This document shows, in pieces, positions 34,977 to 44,023 of a stretch of DNA of 64,000 nt. The notes beneath the pieces were generated by a model that did not search any database, was not told where the DNA came from, and worked only from the letters and a program-made list of their open reading frames with translations. Within the stretch, counting starts at the first letter, position 1. Each line of letters begins with the position of its first letter. Position numbers and translations under genes: made by a program. The stretch comes from Acidimicrobiia bacterium. GTDB lineage: Bacteria; Actinomycetota; Acidimicrobiia; IMCC26256; PALSA-610. The stretch spans positions 2,629,250 through 2,693,249 of the forward strand of contig BPGH01000001.1 of NCBI GenBank assembly GCA_026002935.1, written 5' to 3'.

Positions 34977-35759
34977 TCACGGGCCGACCGGCTCTCCCCC
35001 GGTCACCCATTCGCCGCCCGGGCCGCGGCACCAGCCCGCGGCGGCCCGGTTGCCGCCGTCGACGTGCAACGTCGTGCCGGTCACGAAGCGCGACGCGTCG
35101 GACGCGAGGAACACGGCGGCCGCGGCCACGTCGTCGGCGTGGCCCGCGTACGGCAGCGGTGTCCGCACCGGCACGTCACCGATCCCCGGGGTCGGGATGA
35201 CGTCGGGGGCGATGCAGTTGACGCGGATGCGGCGGTCGCCCAACTCGAGCGCGAGCGACATCGACAGGTTCGCGACCGCGGCCTTCATCGCGCTGTAGAC
35301 GGCGAAGCCGGGGGCCGCGCGGTGCGCCTCGATCGACGTGACGTTCACGATCGACCCGCCGCCCGTCATCTTCGGCAGGCAGGCCCGGACGAAGTGGGTG
35401 ACGCTCGTGAAGTTCTCCCGGACGAGCGCGTCCTGGCCCTTGTCGGTCACGTCGGCGAACGCGGCGCGGAACCCGCCGCCGGCGTTGTTCACGAGGACGT
35501 CGACGCGGTCGAACGGCTCGACCCACGCCCGCACCGCGTCCCCGTCGCGGACGTCGAGCACGCCGACGACGGCGCGGCGCCCGGCGGCCCGGACCGCCTC
35601 GGCCGTCCGCGCGAGGCCGTCGGCGTCGCGGTCGCAGACCGCCACGTCGGCGCCGAAGCGCGCGAACGCCTCCGCGACCGCGGCGCCGATGCCGCGCGCC
35701 GCGCCGGTCACGACCGCGAAGCGGCCGGTCAGCTCGAACGCGGACGGGGAGAGCGCCAT
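34977..35759 (-). CDS. short-chain dehydrogenase/reductase (classical, 260 aa)
   Basis: Track ORF. Translation: FAVVTGAARGIGAAVA...NNAGGG...YSAMKAAV. Confidence 0.85.
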   Translation of the reverse strand: MALSPSAFELTGRFAVVTGAARGIGAAVAEAFARFGADVAVCDRDADGLARTAEAVRAAGRRAVVGVLDVRDGDAVRAWVEPFDRVDVLVNNAGGGFRAAFADVTDKGQDALVRENFTSVTHFVRACLPKMTGGGSIVNVTSIEAHRAAPGFAVYSAMKAAVANLSMSLALELGDRRIRVNCIAPDVIPTPGIGDVPVRTPLPYAGHADDVAAAAVFLASDASRFVTGTTLHVDGGNRAAAGWCRGPGGEWVTGGEPVGP

Positions 35760-35769
35760 CGGGCCCGGG

Positions 35770-37236
35770 TCAGGAGGCGGGGAGGCCGATCGTCTTCGTC
35801 TCGAGGTACTCCTCGAACCCCTGCACGCCGTGCTCGCGCCCGAGGCCGCTCTCCTTGTAGCCGCCGAAGGGCGAATCGGGCCCGTACCACTGGCCGCCGT
35901 TGACCGAAACCGTGCCCGTCCGGATCCGCCGCGCGACGGCGAGCGCCCGGTCCAGCGACCCGCTGCTCACCGACCCCGACAGCCCGTAGCGCGAGTTGTT
36001 GGCGATGCGGACCGCGTCGTCGTCGTCCTCGTAGGGGATGACGGCGAGCACCGGCCCGAAGATCTCCTCCTGCGCGATCGTCGAGTCGGGGTCGACGTCG
36101 ACGAACAGCGTCGGCTGGACGAAGTAGCCCCGCTCGAACTGGGTCGCCGGGCCGCCGCCGACGAGGCACCGCGCACCCTCCGCCTTGCCCTTTTCGATGT
36201 AGCCCAGCACGCGCTCGCGCTGCTTCGCGTTGACGAGCGGCCCGGCCATGTTCGCGAAGTCGGTGGGGTCGCCGTAGGGGAACTGCTCGAACGCCTGCCG
36301 GACGATCTCGACGCCCTCGTCGTAGCGCGAGCGCGGCAGCAGCAGGCGCGTCGTGATCGCGCAGCCCTGACCCGAGTGCATGCACACCATCCCGGTGCCG
36401 GGGAGGACGGCGGAGAAGTCGGCGTCGTCGAGCACGATGTTGGCCGACTTGCCGCCCAGCTCCAGGAACACGCGCTTGAGCGTGGCGGCCCCGCGCTCCG
36501 CGATGCGCTTGCCGACGGCGGTCGACCCCGTGAAGGAGATCATGTCGACCAGCGGGCTGCCGGTGAGCTCCTCCCCCACGGCCGCGGGATCGGCGGACGT
36601 GACCACGTTGACGACGCCGGGCGGGATGTCGGTCTCCTGCGCGACGAGCCGGCCGATCCACGTCGCCGAGTACGGCGTGTCGGGGGCGGGCTTGAGCACG
36701 ACGGTGCACCCGGCCGCGAGCGCGGGGGTGAGCTTCGACAGGTTGAGCATGAACGGGAAGTTCCACGGCGTGATCAGCCCGGCGACCCCGATCGGCTCGC
36801 GCACGACGAGGCGGTTGGAGCGGAGCCCGAAGAACTCGTGGACGCCGAGCTCGCGCTCCCACTCGTACCGGTCGATCATGTCGATGTCCCACTGCATGTC
36901 CTCGATGCAGGTGTCCTGCTGGATCGCGTACGTGAGCGCGATCGGCGCGCCGACCTCGGCGACGATCTGCGGCCGCAACTCCTCCTTGTGCTTCTCGAGC
37001 GCCTCCCGGAGCTGCACGAGGCACGCCTTCCGGAATGCGCGGTCGGTCGCCCAGTCCGTCTCGTCGAACGCACGCCGGGCCGCCCGGATCGCGCGCTGCA
37101 TGTCGTTCACGCCGGCGTCCGCGACGGGGCCGATCACCTCCTCGGTCGCGGGGTTGACGTTGTCGTACGTCGCACCGCCCTCGGCCTCCACCAGCGCGCC
37201 GTCGATCAGCATCCGGGGCTCGAACGTCGACGTCAT
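35770..37236 (-). CDS. NAD(P)-dependent aldehyde dehydrogenase
   Basis: ATG 37236 lies within composite track ORF 35770..39384. Translation: ITPWNFPF...FTGSTAVGKRI...ELGGKSANIV...EEIFGPVL. Confidence 0.9.
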   Translation of the reverse strand: MTSTFEPRMLIDGALVEAEGGATYDNVNPATEEVIGPVADAGVNDMQRAIRAARRAFDETDWATDRAFRKACLVQLREALEKHKEELRPQIVAEVGAPIALTYAIQQDTCIEDMQWDIDMIDRYEWERELGVHEFFGLRSNRLVVREPIGVAGLITPWNFPFMLNLSKLTPALAAGCTVVLKPAPDTPYSATWIGRLVAQETDIPPGVVNVVTSADPAAVGEELTGSPLVDMISFTGSTAVGKRIAERGAATLKRVFLELGGKSANIVLDDADFSAVLPGTGMVCMHSGQGCAITTRLLLPRSRYDEGVEIVRQAFEQFPYGDPTDFANMAGPLVNAKQRERVLGYIEKGKAEGARCLVGGGPATQFERGYFVQPTLFVDVDPDSTIAQEEIFGPVLAVIPYEDDDDAVRIANNSRYGLSGSVSSGSLDRALAVARRIRTGTVSVNGGQWYGPDSPFGGYKESGLGREHGVQGFEEYLETKTIGLPAS

Positions 37237-37305
37237 CTCCGCTCCCTCTCCACGCCCGCACCGGGTCCGTCGTGCCGACGATAGGCGGATATCCTCGCCC
37301 TCGGC

Positions 37306-38850
37306 ATGCGCATCGCGGCGCTCGACCTCGGCTCGAACTCGTTCCACCTGCTCGTGGCCGACGTGCACCCCGACGGCACCTTCGAGCCCGTCGCCCGCGA
37401 GAAGGAGATGCTGCGCCTCGGCGACGACGTCTCGCGCCACGGCTGCGTCCCGCCCACGGCCGCCGACCGGGCGGTCGCGAGCGCCCGCCGCCTGGTGCGG
37501 CTCGCCCATGCCCTCGGCGCGGCCGAGGTGCTCGCCAAGGCGACCAGCGCGATCCGCACGGCGACCAACGGCAGCGAGCTGGTCGACCGCATCGAGCAGG
37601 AGACCGGGATCGACGTCGACGTGATCTCGGGCCTGGAGGAGGCCCGCCTGATCTTCGGGGCGGTGCGGGCCAGCGTCGTCCTCGACCCGGCGCCCGCGCT
37701 GTGCGTCGACATCGGCGGCGGCAGCGTGGAGTACATGGTGGGCGATCCCGCGGGGCTGCGCTGGGCCGAGAGCGTCCCCATCGGCGTCGGCCGGCTCACC
37801 GCCGAGCTGGTGCGCGACGACCCGCCGTCGAAGGGCGACCGCCGCCGGCTCGGCGACCGCATCCGCACGGCCCTCGAACCCCTGGTGGACGCCGTGCGGT
37901 CGCGCGCGCCGCGCATGGGGGTCGGGACGTCCGGGACGATCAACGACCTGGCGCGCATCGCGGTCGCGCTGCGCACCGAGATGGTCCCGCCCTCCTCCAA
38001 CGGGCTGCGCGTCGAGCGTGCCGCGTTCGAGGACCTCGAGGACCGCATCATGCGGATGAAGGCGTCGGAGCGCCGGCGGCTCCCGGGCCTGGAGGAGAAG
38101 CGGGCCGACCTGCTGCCCGCGGGGTCGATGCTGCTGACGATCAGCCTCGAGCTGTTCGGCGTCGACGTGCTGACCGTCAGCGACTGGGCCTTGCGCGAGG
38201 GGATCGTGCTCGACGCGGTGCGGACCCACGACCCCCGGGAGCTGTCGGACGACCCGCGCGCGCTGCGGCGGGCGGCGGTCACGGGCCTCGCGCGCCGGTG
38301 CAATTCCGACGAGCGCCACACCCACACCGTCGCCCGCCTCGCACTCGAGCTGTTCGACCGGACCCGCGCGCTCCACGGCCTCGGCGAGGCCGATCGCGAG
38401 ATGCTGGAGTACGCGGCGCTGCTCCACGACATCGGCCAGCACGTCTCGCGCCAGGGTCACCACCGCCACGCCGCGTACCTGGTGGAGAACGCGCACCTGC
38501 GCGGGTTCGAACCGGCCGAGGTCGCGTTCCTCGCCGCCCTGGTCCGTCACCACCGCAAGGGGGACCCGAAGCCGTCGGAACCGCGGTTCGCCGCGCTCGG
38601 TGGCCGGGACCGCGAGCGCCTGCGGGCGCTCGCCGCGATCCTGCGGGTCGCCGACGGCATGGACCGCGGACGGCGCGGGGTCGTCGAGGGCTTCTCCGTC
38701 GACGTGGGGGGCGACCTCGTGATGCTGCGGCTCCGCACCACCGGTGACCCCGAACTGTCGCTGTGGGGTGTGCGCAGACGGCGCGATCTGTTCGAGGCGG
38801 TCTTCGGTCGGGAGCTCGAGGTGACGGTCGCGACCGCACAGAAGGTCTGA
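37306..38850 (+). CDS. Ppx/GppA-family phosphatase with C-terminal HD domain
   Basis: Track ORF of 514 aa. Translation: MRIAALDLGSNSFHLLVADV...DIGGGSVEY...LLHDIGQHVSRQGHHRH. Confidence 0.85.
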   Translation: MRIAALDLGSNSFHLLVADVHPDGTFEPVAREKEMLRLGDDVSRHGCVPPTAADRAVASARRLVRLAHALGAAEVLAKATSAIRTATNGSELVDRIEQETGIDVDVISGLEEARLIFGAVRASVVLDPAPALCVDIGGGSVEYMVGDPAGLRWAESVPIGVGRLTAELVRDDPPSKGDRRRLGDRIRTALEPLVDAVRSRAPRMGVGTSGTINDLARIAVALRTEMVPPSSNGLRVERAAFEDLEDRIMRMKASERRRLPGLEEKRADLLPAGSMLLTISLELFGVDVLTVSDWALREGIVLDAVRTHDPRELSDDPRALRRAAVTGLARRCNSDERHTHTVARLALELFDRTRALHGLGEADREMLEYAALLHDIGQHVSRQGHHRHAAYLVENAHLRGFEPAEVAFLAALVRHHRKGDPKPSEPRFAALGGRDRERLRALAAILRVADGMDRGRRGVVEGFSVDVGGDLVMLRLRTTGDPELSLWGVRRRRDLFEAVFGRELEVTVATAQKV

Positions 38851-38955
38851 GAAATCTCGGAGGGGCGCCGAGTCCGATCCCGGGGAACCGCGCGCGATGA
38901 TCGCAAACCTGCCCTTTTTCTGCGACGAGGACGCCGGCGAACACGGAGGACGCTC

Positions 38956-39570
38956 TTGAGCCCCACACGTCGAGAGCTGGTACGCGCGACCCGCACCCGG
39001 ATCGTCGACGCCGCCGCCCGGCTGATGCGCGAGCGCGGCGCGAGCGGCTGGAGCATGGACGTCCTCGCGAAGGAGGCGGGGGTCGCCCGCGCGACCGTGT
39101 ACGAGCACTTCCGCTCCAAGCGCGCGGTGCTCGACGAGCTCGCCGCGACCGCTGCCCGCGAGATCGTGCTCGAGCCGCCGGCGGCGACCGAGGACCCGTT
39201 GCGCGCGCTGCGGGACGTGCTCGCCGAGGTCTGCCGCCACTGGGCCGCGCACGGCGAGACGATGCGCGACCTGCGGACCCTGAAGGCGATGACCGGTGCC
39301 CCGACCACCTCGGACGCGATCGGCCGGGAGGACCTCGCGCACCTCGTCGAGTCGCTGGCGGCCACCGGCCAGCTCCGCCAGCACTGGACGACCGAGGACG
39401 CGGTCGACGCACTCGGCGTGCTGACGTCGTACGCGACCTTCGAGCGGCTGCGCGCGCCCGGCCGGAGCCCGGAGGAGATCGAGGCGGTGCTCGCCCGCCT
39501 CGCGGTCGCCGTCGTCGCGCCGAGCGCGAGCACCAGCCCGAACCCGGGCGCGCCCGCGGGCACCGGCTAG
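38956..39570 (+). CDS. TetR-family transcriptional regulator
   Basis: Track ORF of 204 aa (TTG start, GGAGGA RBS). Translation: IVDAAARLMRERGASGWSMDVLAKEAGVARATVYEHFRSK. Confidence 0.8.
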   Translation: MSPTRRELVRATRTRIVDAAARLMRERGASGWSMDVLAKEAGVARATVYEHFRSKRAVLDELAATAAREIVLEPPAATEDPLRALRDVLAEVCRHWAAHGETMRDLRTLKAMTGAPTTSDAIGREDLAHLVESLAATGQLRQHWTTEDAVDALGVLTSYATFERLRAPGRSPEEIEAVLARLAVAVVAPSASTSPNPGAPAGTG

Positions 39571-39579
39571 TCGCGCGCG

Positions 39580-40275
39580 TCAGCCGCTCCGCCGGTCGCT
39601 CGCGTCGCCGACGACCGTGCGGTGGATGATCCGCGCGGTCGTCTCGACGAGCTCGGTCCGGGTGATCCCGAGCGGTTCGAGGTCGCGGTGGAACGCCGCC
39701 ATGCGCTCGATCAGCGCGACGAGCGCGGCCGCGGCGGCGAGCGGCGACAGCTCGGCGGGAACCCTGCCCCGGCGGCGCGACCGTTCGATCTTCGCCTCGA
39801 ACCCGACCAGGAACTCGTGGTTGGCGCGGTTGCGGACCTCCCGGAACCGCTCGTCGCCCTCCTGCGCCGCGAGGTTGCGGCTCCGCAGCACGGCCCGGTG
39901 GCGGTCCCAGTGCTCGACGAACCCGTCGACCAGACGGCGCGCGTGGTCGAGGCCCTCCGGGCCGTCCCAGGAGGGCTCCAGCCACGCGACCAACGACCGG
40001 CCCTCCTCCCCCACCTCCTCGGCCAGCACGAGCACCGCGTCCTGCGCGTCCCGGAAGTACTGGTAGAAGGTCGCCGGCGACGTGCCGACCTCGCGGGCGA
40101 TGTCGACCACCCGCAGGTCCCGGATCCCGTGGGTCGCGAGCAGCGCCGCCGTGGCGTCGAGCAGCCGGCGCCGGGTCCGCTGCCCGCGCTGGCCGATCCG
40201 GCGGCCGTCGAGCGCCTGGGCGGCCGGCCCGCCCCCCGCGCCGCGCCCGGCGTCCGCGGCCGGCACCGTGTCCAC
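39580..40275 (-). CDS. TetR-family transcriptional regulator
   Basis: Track ORF of 231 aa. Translation: LLDATAALLATHGIRDLRVVDIAREVGTSPATFYQYFRD. Confidence 0.8.
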   Translation of the reverse strand: MDTVPAADAGRGAGGGPAAQALDGRRIGQRGQRTRRRLLDATAALLATHGIRDLRVVDIAREVGTSPATFYQYFRDAQDAVLVLAEEVGEEGRSLVAWLEPSWDGPEGLDHARRLVDGFVEHWDRHRAVLRSRNLAAQEGDERFREVRNRANHEFLVGFEAKIERSRRRGRVPAELSPLAAAAALVALIERMAAFHRDLEPLGITRTELVETTARIIHRTVVGDASDRRSG

Positions 40276-40317
40276 GCGCTGCAGCGTACGCCGCGTCCGC
40301 CGCCGCCCGTGGCCGCC

Positions 40318-40935
40318 TCAGCGGCCGGGGGGCGCCGATCCGTCGCGGCCGGGCTCGAACGGGAAGACCGTCCCCCGGATCTCCCGGATCGTCGCGTCGA
40401 GCTCCTCGACCGTCTGGCGGATGCGCTGCGCGACCTCCGGGGCGAGGCCGGCGTCGCGGAGCGCGTCCAACGTCAGCCCGGCCGCGTACAGCCGCTGGAT
40501 CACGTGGTCGGAGAGGTCGCGCCCGGCGCGCTCGCGGTCCGCGGCGCGGCCCGCGAGCAGCGCGAGCGCCGCCTGCTGCGCGAACGTCTCGACCACCCCG
40601 ACGTCGCGCGCCGCGAACGGGCGGCCGCCGGGGCCGTTCGCCACGACGAGCGTCCCCTCGTGACGCCCCCGCGCCTCCAGGGGGACGCGCACGTCGGGTC
40701 CGAACCCCGCGAGCAGCGAGGCCGGGTCGCCACGGGCGCCGCGCCGCCGGGCGGCGTCGCGGCCGACGGCGGCCGCGACCACCGACTCGGCCGGGTGTTC
40801 GCCGGCGACGAGCACGAGCGCCGTGTCGGCCCCCGCCAGCCGGCGCGCGTGCGCGGCGACGAGCTGCAGGACGGCTTCGAGCTGCTCGCCCGACAGGACC
40901 GCCCCGGCGATCTCGCGCACCGCCCGCAGCGACAT
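40318..40935 (-). CDS. GAF + HisKA_3 (DHp) protein without ATPase domain (truncated or stand-alone sensor-kinase fragment)
   Basis: Track ORF of 205 aa. A GAF-like N-terminal half is followed by an H-box, RDLSDHVIQRLYAAGLTL...LDATIREIRGTVF. The stop follows right after, and only 42 nt separate it from the next gene. Confidence 0.6.
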   Translation of the reverse strand: MSLRAVREIAGAVLSGEQLEAVLQLVAAHARRLAGADTALVLVAGEHPAESVVAAAVGRDAARRRGARGDPASLLAGFGPDVRVPLEARGRHEGTLVVANGPGGRPFAARDVGVVETFAQQAALALLAGRAADRERAGRDLSDHVIQRLYAAGLTLDALRDAGLAPEVAQRIRQTVEELDATIREIRGTVFPFEPGRDGSAPPGR

Positions 40936-40984
40936 GCGAGGATCGTCCTGCCGGGGCGGGCGCGGCCCCCAGGGCCGAACGTCC

Positions 40985-41437
40985 TCAGGCCGCGGGGCCG
41001 CCGTCCGCGGGCCGGAAGTCCACGAACCCGTACTCGTCGCTCGCGGGCCGGAACGCCGCCACCACCCGCATCCCGATCCGGGCCCGGTCCGGGTCGAGGT
41101 CGGGCATCGCGCCGAGCACCCGGGCGCCGCGCTCGTCGAGATCGACGGCGGCCACCACGAACGGGACCCGCTCGGGGAACGGCGGCACGCCGTTCTGGCG
41201 GATGACCGTGAAGGAGTAGACGGTGCCGTACCCGCTGGCCGTCACCCACTCGGGGTCGGCGGCGCCGCAGTGGGAGCACGCCAGGCGCGCGTAGTGCTGG
41301 TGCAGCCCGCAGGCCCGGCAGCGCTGGACCCGCAACTCGCCGCGCCGGGCGCCGGCCCAGAACTCGCGGTCCTCGGGTGTCGGGCGCGGCACGAGGTGCG
41401 CCGGGGTCTGCGCCCAGGACCTCGGCCGGCTCGCCAT
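40985..41437 (-). CDS. DUF35 zinc-ribbon/OB-fold protein (no adjacent thiolase)
   Basis: Track ORF of 150 aa. Translation: REFWAGARRGELRVQRCRACGLHQHYARLACSHCG...GTVYSFTVI. Confidence 0.7.
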   Translation of the reverse strand: MASRPRSWAQTPAHLVPRPTPEDREFWAGARRGELRVQRCRACGLHQHYARLACSHCGAADPEWVTASGYGTVYSFTVIRQNGVPPFPERVPFVVAAVDLDERGARVLGAMPDLDPDRARIGMRVVAAFRPASDEYGFVDFRPADGGPAA

Positions 41438-41743
41438 CGCTCGCCAGCCTCCTTCCCGTCCCCGTCGTCACCGGGGCCGTCCTCCCCGGGGCCGTCCTCC
41501 GCCGGGCGTCCGTGGCGCCGCTCGCGTCGCGCCGCGCCCGTGGCCGGGGTCGCCGGCCCGGCCCCCGCCGGGCGCGGCGGTCGCGCAGCGTCAGCCGTCG
41601 ATCCCGCCGCCGGGCGCCGGCGACCACCCCCGCAGAGTCGTCAGCGAGCGTTTGCCGAGGCGTAACCGGGGGGGTCACCCCGCGCACGGAAAGACCTGCC
41701 ACTCTGCGTGTGGGGCTCGGGCGACCGACGCCCGGGAGGCAGA

Positions 41744-42770
41744 GTGGACACCGAGCGCGATCGCTCGGCGCGCGGCACCCGCCGCGCTCAGGCGCGGCCG
41801 GAGCACACCGATCGCACCCCGATCGCCCTGCGCGAGCCGTCGACGTGCGCGCCGCGCCCGGCGACGCGCCCCTCCCGATCACCGCGCCCACCACGCGCTG
41901 CGCGCACGACGGGTGGGTCCAGCGCGGCCGCGCTGACCCGCGACGCCGGGCTGGCCGCGACCGGGGACTCGAACGGCGAGGTCCGCATCTGGGCCCCGCG
42001 CTCGCACACGCCGGCCCGCGCCGCCTACGCCCACGGGTCGTGGGTCCTCGCGATCGCGTTCGCCCCCCGCGGCGACGTCGTCGTGTCGGCCGGGGCGGAC
42101 GGCGGCATCGTCCGCTACGACCTCGCGACCGGCGAGCGGGCGTGGCTCGGGACCCACGAGGGCTCGGTCCGCGCAATCGCGTTCGCCCCCGACGGCCGAT
42201 CGTTCGCGACCGGCGGGTCCGACGGCACCGTGCGGATCACCTCGGTCGGCCGGCGCGCCGCTCGCCGTGTGCGACCACGGGGAACCGGTGCGCGCGGTGG
42301 GGTTCTCCCCGTGCGGCACGAAGCTCGCCACGGCGGGCGCCGCCGGCGTCACGCGCCTCTGGGACCCGCGACCGGCGCGCCCGTCGGGAAGTCTCGAGCC
42401 CCCGGCCGCGTCCGTGCAGGCGCTCGCGTTCTCGCGCGACGGGACGCTGTGCACGACGGCCCACCGGGACGGTTCGCTCACGGTCTGGGACGCCGACCGC
42501 GCCACGCTGCTCGGGCGCGTCGAGCCCGACGACCCCGGGCCCCCGGCGTGGTGCGTCACGCTCGGGCCCTACGCGCAACGGTTCGCGACCGGCGGCGCGG
42601 ACGGCGTCGCCGCGGTGCGCGACGCGTACGGCCGGACGGTCGCGCGCGTCCGGCACGGCGCACCGATCCGCACCGGTGCCTTCTCCGCCAACGGAACGAC
42701 CCTCGTCACGGGCGGGAACGACGGGTCGGCCCTGCTGTGGTCCCTCCCACCCCGAAGGAGCCCTGGTTGA
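41744..42770 (+). pseudogene. seven-bladed WD40 beta-propeller protein; frame changes near 41923 and 42260 (start GTG 41744 or GTG 41845 uncertain)
   Basis: Blades read across three frames: CAHDGWVQ | AAALTRDAGLAATGDSNGEVRIW..HGSWVLAIAFAPRGDVVVSAGADGGIVRY..HEGSVRAIAFAPDGRSFATGGSDGTVRI..GRRA | LAVCDHGEPVRAVGFSPCGTKLATAG..LTVWD..TLVTGGNDGSALLWS. Codon third-position G/C content follows the same frame switches. The span 41845..42770 is 926 nt, which is 3n+2. A GGGAGG RBS precedes GTG 41744. Confidence 0.6.
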
Positions 42771-44023
42771 CCGACCGCCGCTCGACCGACCGCCCGATCA
42801 CGCTGGTCACCGGACCCCCCGCCGCGAGCGCCCCCGTCACCGTCGTCGTCCCCACCCGCAACGAGGCCGGCAACGTTCGCCCCCTCCTCGACCGCTTCGC
42901 CGCGCTCCGGCCCGGTGTCGTGGGCGAGGTGCTGTTCGTGGACGACAGCGACGACGACACGCCCCAGGCGGTGCTCGCCAGCACGCAGGCGTACGCGTTC
43001 CCGGTGCGGCTGCTCCACCGCAACGCCTCCGAGCGCCGCAGCGGGCTCTCGGGCGCGGTGGCGGCGGGGATCGCCCACGCGCGCTGCGAGTGGGTCTGCG
43101 TGATCGACGGCGACCTGCAGCACCCGCCCGAGGTGATCCCCGACCTCGCCACGGCCCTCGCAACCGGCGCCGACGTCGCGGTCGCGACGCGCTACCGCGC
43201 GGGCGGGGACCACACCGGCCTCGGTGCGCTGCGCACCGCGGTCTCCCGCGCCTCGACGATCGGCGCCCGCGCGCTGTTCCCCCGCGCGCTCCGCGGCGTC
43301 TCCGACCCGATGAGCGGCTTCTTCCTCGTCCGGCGCGAGGTGCTCGACCTCTCGCGCCTGCGCCCGCGCGGATTCAAGATCCTGCTCGAGATCCTCGTCC
43401 GCCACCCGCGGCTGCGCCGGGTCGAGGTGCCGTACCGGTTCGAGGAGCGGGCGTGGGGCACGACCAAGGCGTCCGCCCGCCAGGGCGTCGAGTACCTCCG
43501 GCAGCTCGCGTCGCTGCGCTGGTCCACCGTCGCGGCGCGCCGGCCGGCGGCCGGCCCGCTCGTCGGGTTCGCGACCGTGGGCGTCGTCGGGCTCGCGGTC
43601 AACCAGGCCGTGCTCGTCGCGCTCGTCGAGTCCGGCGCGCTGGGCTACCTCGCCGCCGCGGTCGTCGCGGCACAGGTCGCGATCACCACCAACTTCGCCC
43701 TGTGCGACCGCGTCGTGTTCCGGCGGGCGCGCACCGGGTCGGTGCGCGGCCGGTTCACCCGCTTCTGGCTCGCGAGCAACTCGGTGTCGCTGCTCGGGCT
43801 CCCGGCCCTGGCGCTCCTCGTGTCCGGCCTCGGCGTGCACTACGCGGCCGCGAACGTCCTGGTCGTCGGCGCGCAGTTCCTCGCCCGGTTCGCCGTGTCG
43901 GCCCGGGTCGTCTGGCGGCCGCGGCGCGCCCGCCCGGCCGAGGTGACGTTGCTGCAGCCCCGGACGGCTCCCCACGACGCCGACGGGGTGGGGATCGACG
44001 TGCCTGCGGCGGGCGCCCGATGA
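42767..44023 (+). CDS. GT2 polyprenyl-phosphate sugar synthase (GtrB/Dpm1-like) fused to a GtrA-like 4-TM domain
   Basis: TTG 42767 follows a GAAGGAG RBS and overlaps the WD40 stop (TTGA). Translation: VVVPTRNEAGNV...FVDDSDDDT...VIDGDLQHPP...SDPMSGFFLVRR, then a GtrA-like tail FATVGVVGLAVNQAV...TTNFALCDRVVF...AAANVLVVGAQFLARF. Confidence 0.8.
   Translation: MTDRRSTDRPITLVTGPPAASAPVTVVVPTRNEAGNVRPLLDRFAALRPGVVGEVLFVDDSDDDTPQAVLASTQAYAFPVRLLHRNASERRSGLSGAVAAGIAHARCEWVCVIDGDLQHPPEVIPDLATALATGADVAVATRYRAGGDHTGLGALRTAVSRASTIGARALFPRALRGVSDPMSGFFLVRREVLDLSRLRPRGFKILLEILVRHPRLRRVEVPYRFEERAWGTTKASARQGVEYLRQLASLRWSTVAARRPAAGPLVGFATVGVVGLAVNQAVLVALVESGALGYLAAAVVAAQVAITTNFALCDRVVFRRARTGSVRGRFTRFWLASNSVSLLGLPALALLVSGLGVHYAAANVLVVGAQFLARFAVSARVVWRPRRARPAEVTLLQPRTAPHDADGVGIDVPAAGAR

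Noticed and set aside
41471-41498. A 14-bp direct tandem repeat CCGGGGCCGTCCTC x2 in the 300-400 bp gap upstream of the WD40 gene, checked as a possible CRISPR or tandem array.
   Set aside because: There are only two adjacent copies with no spacers, so it is not a CRISPR architecture. It is probably a trivial slippage duplicate.
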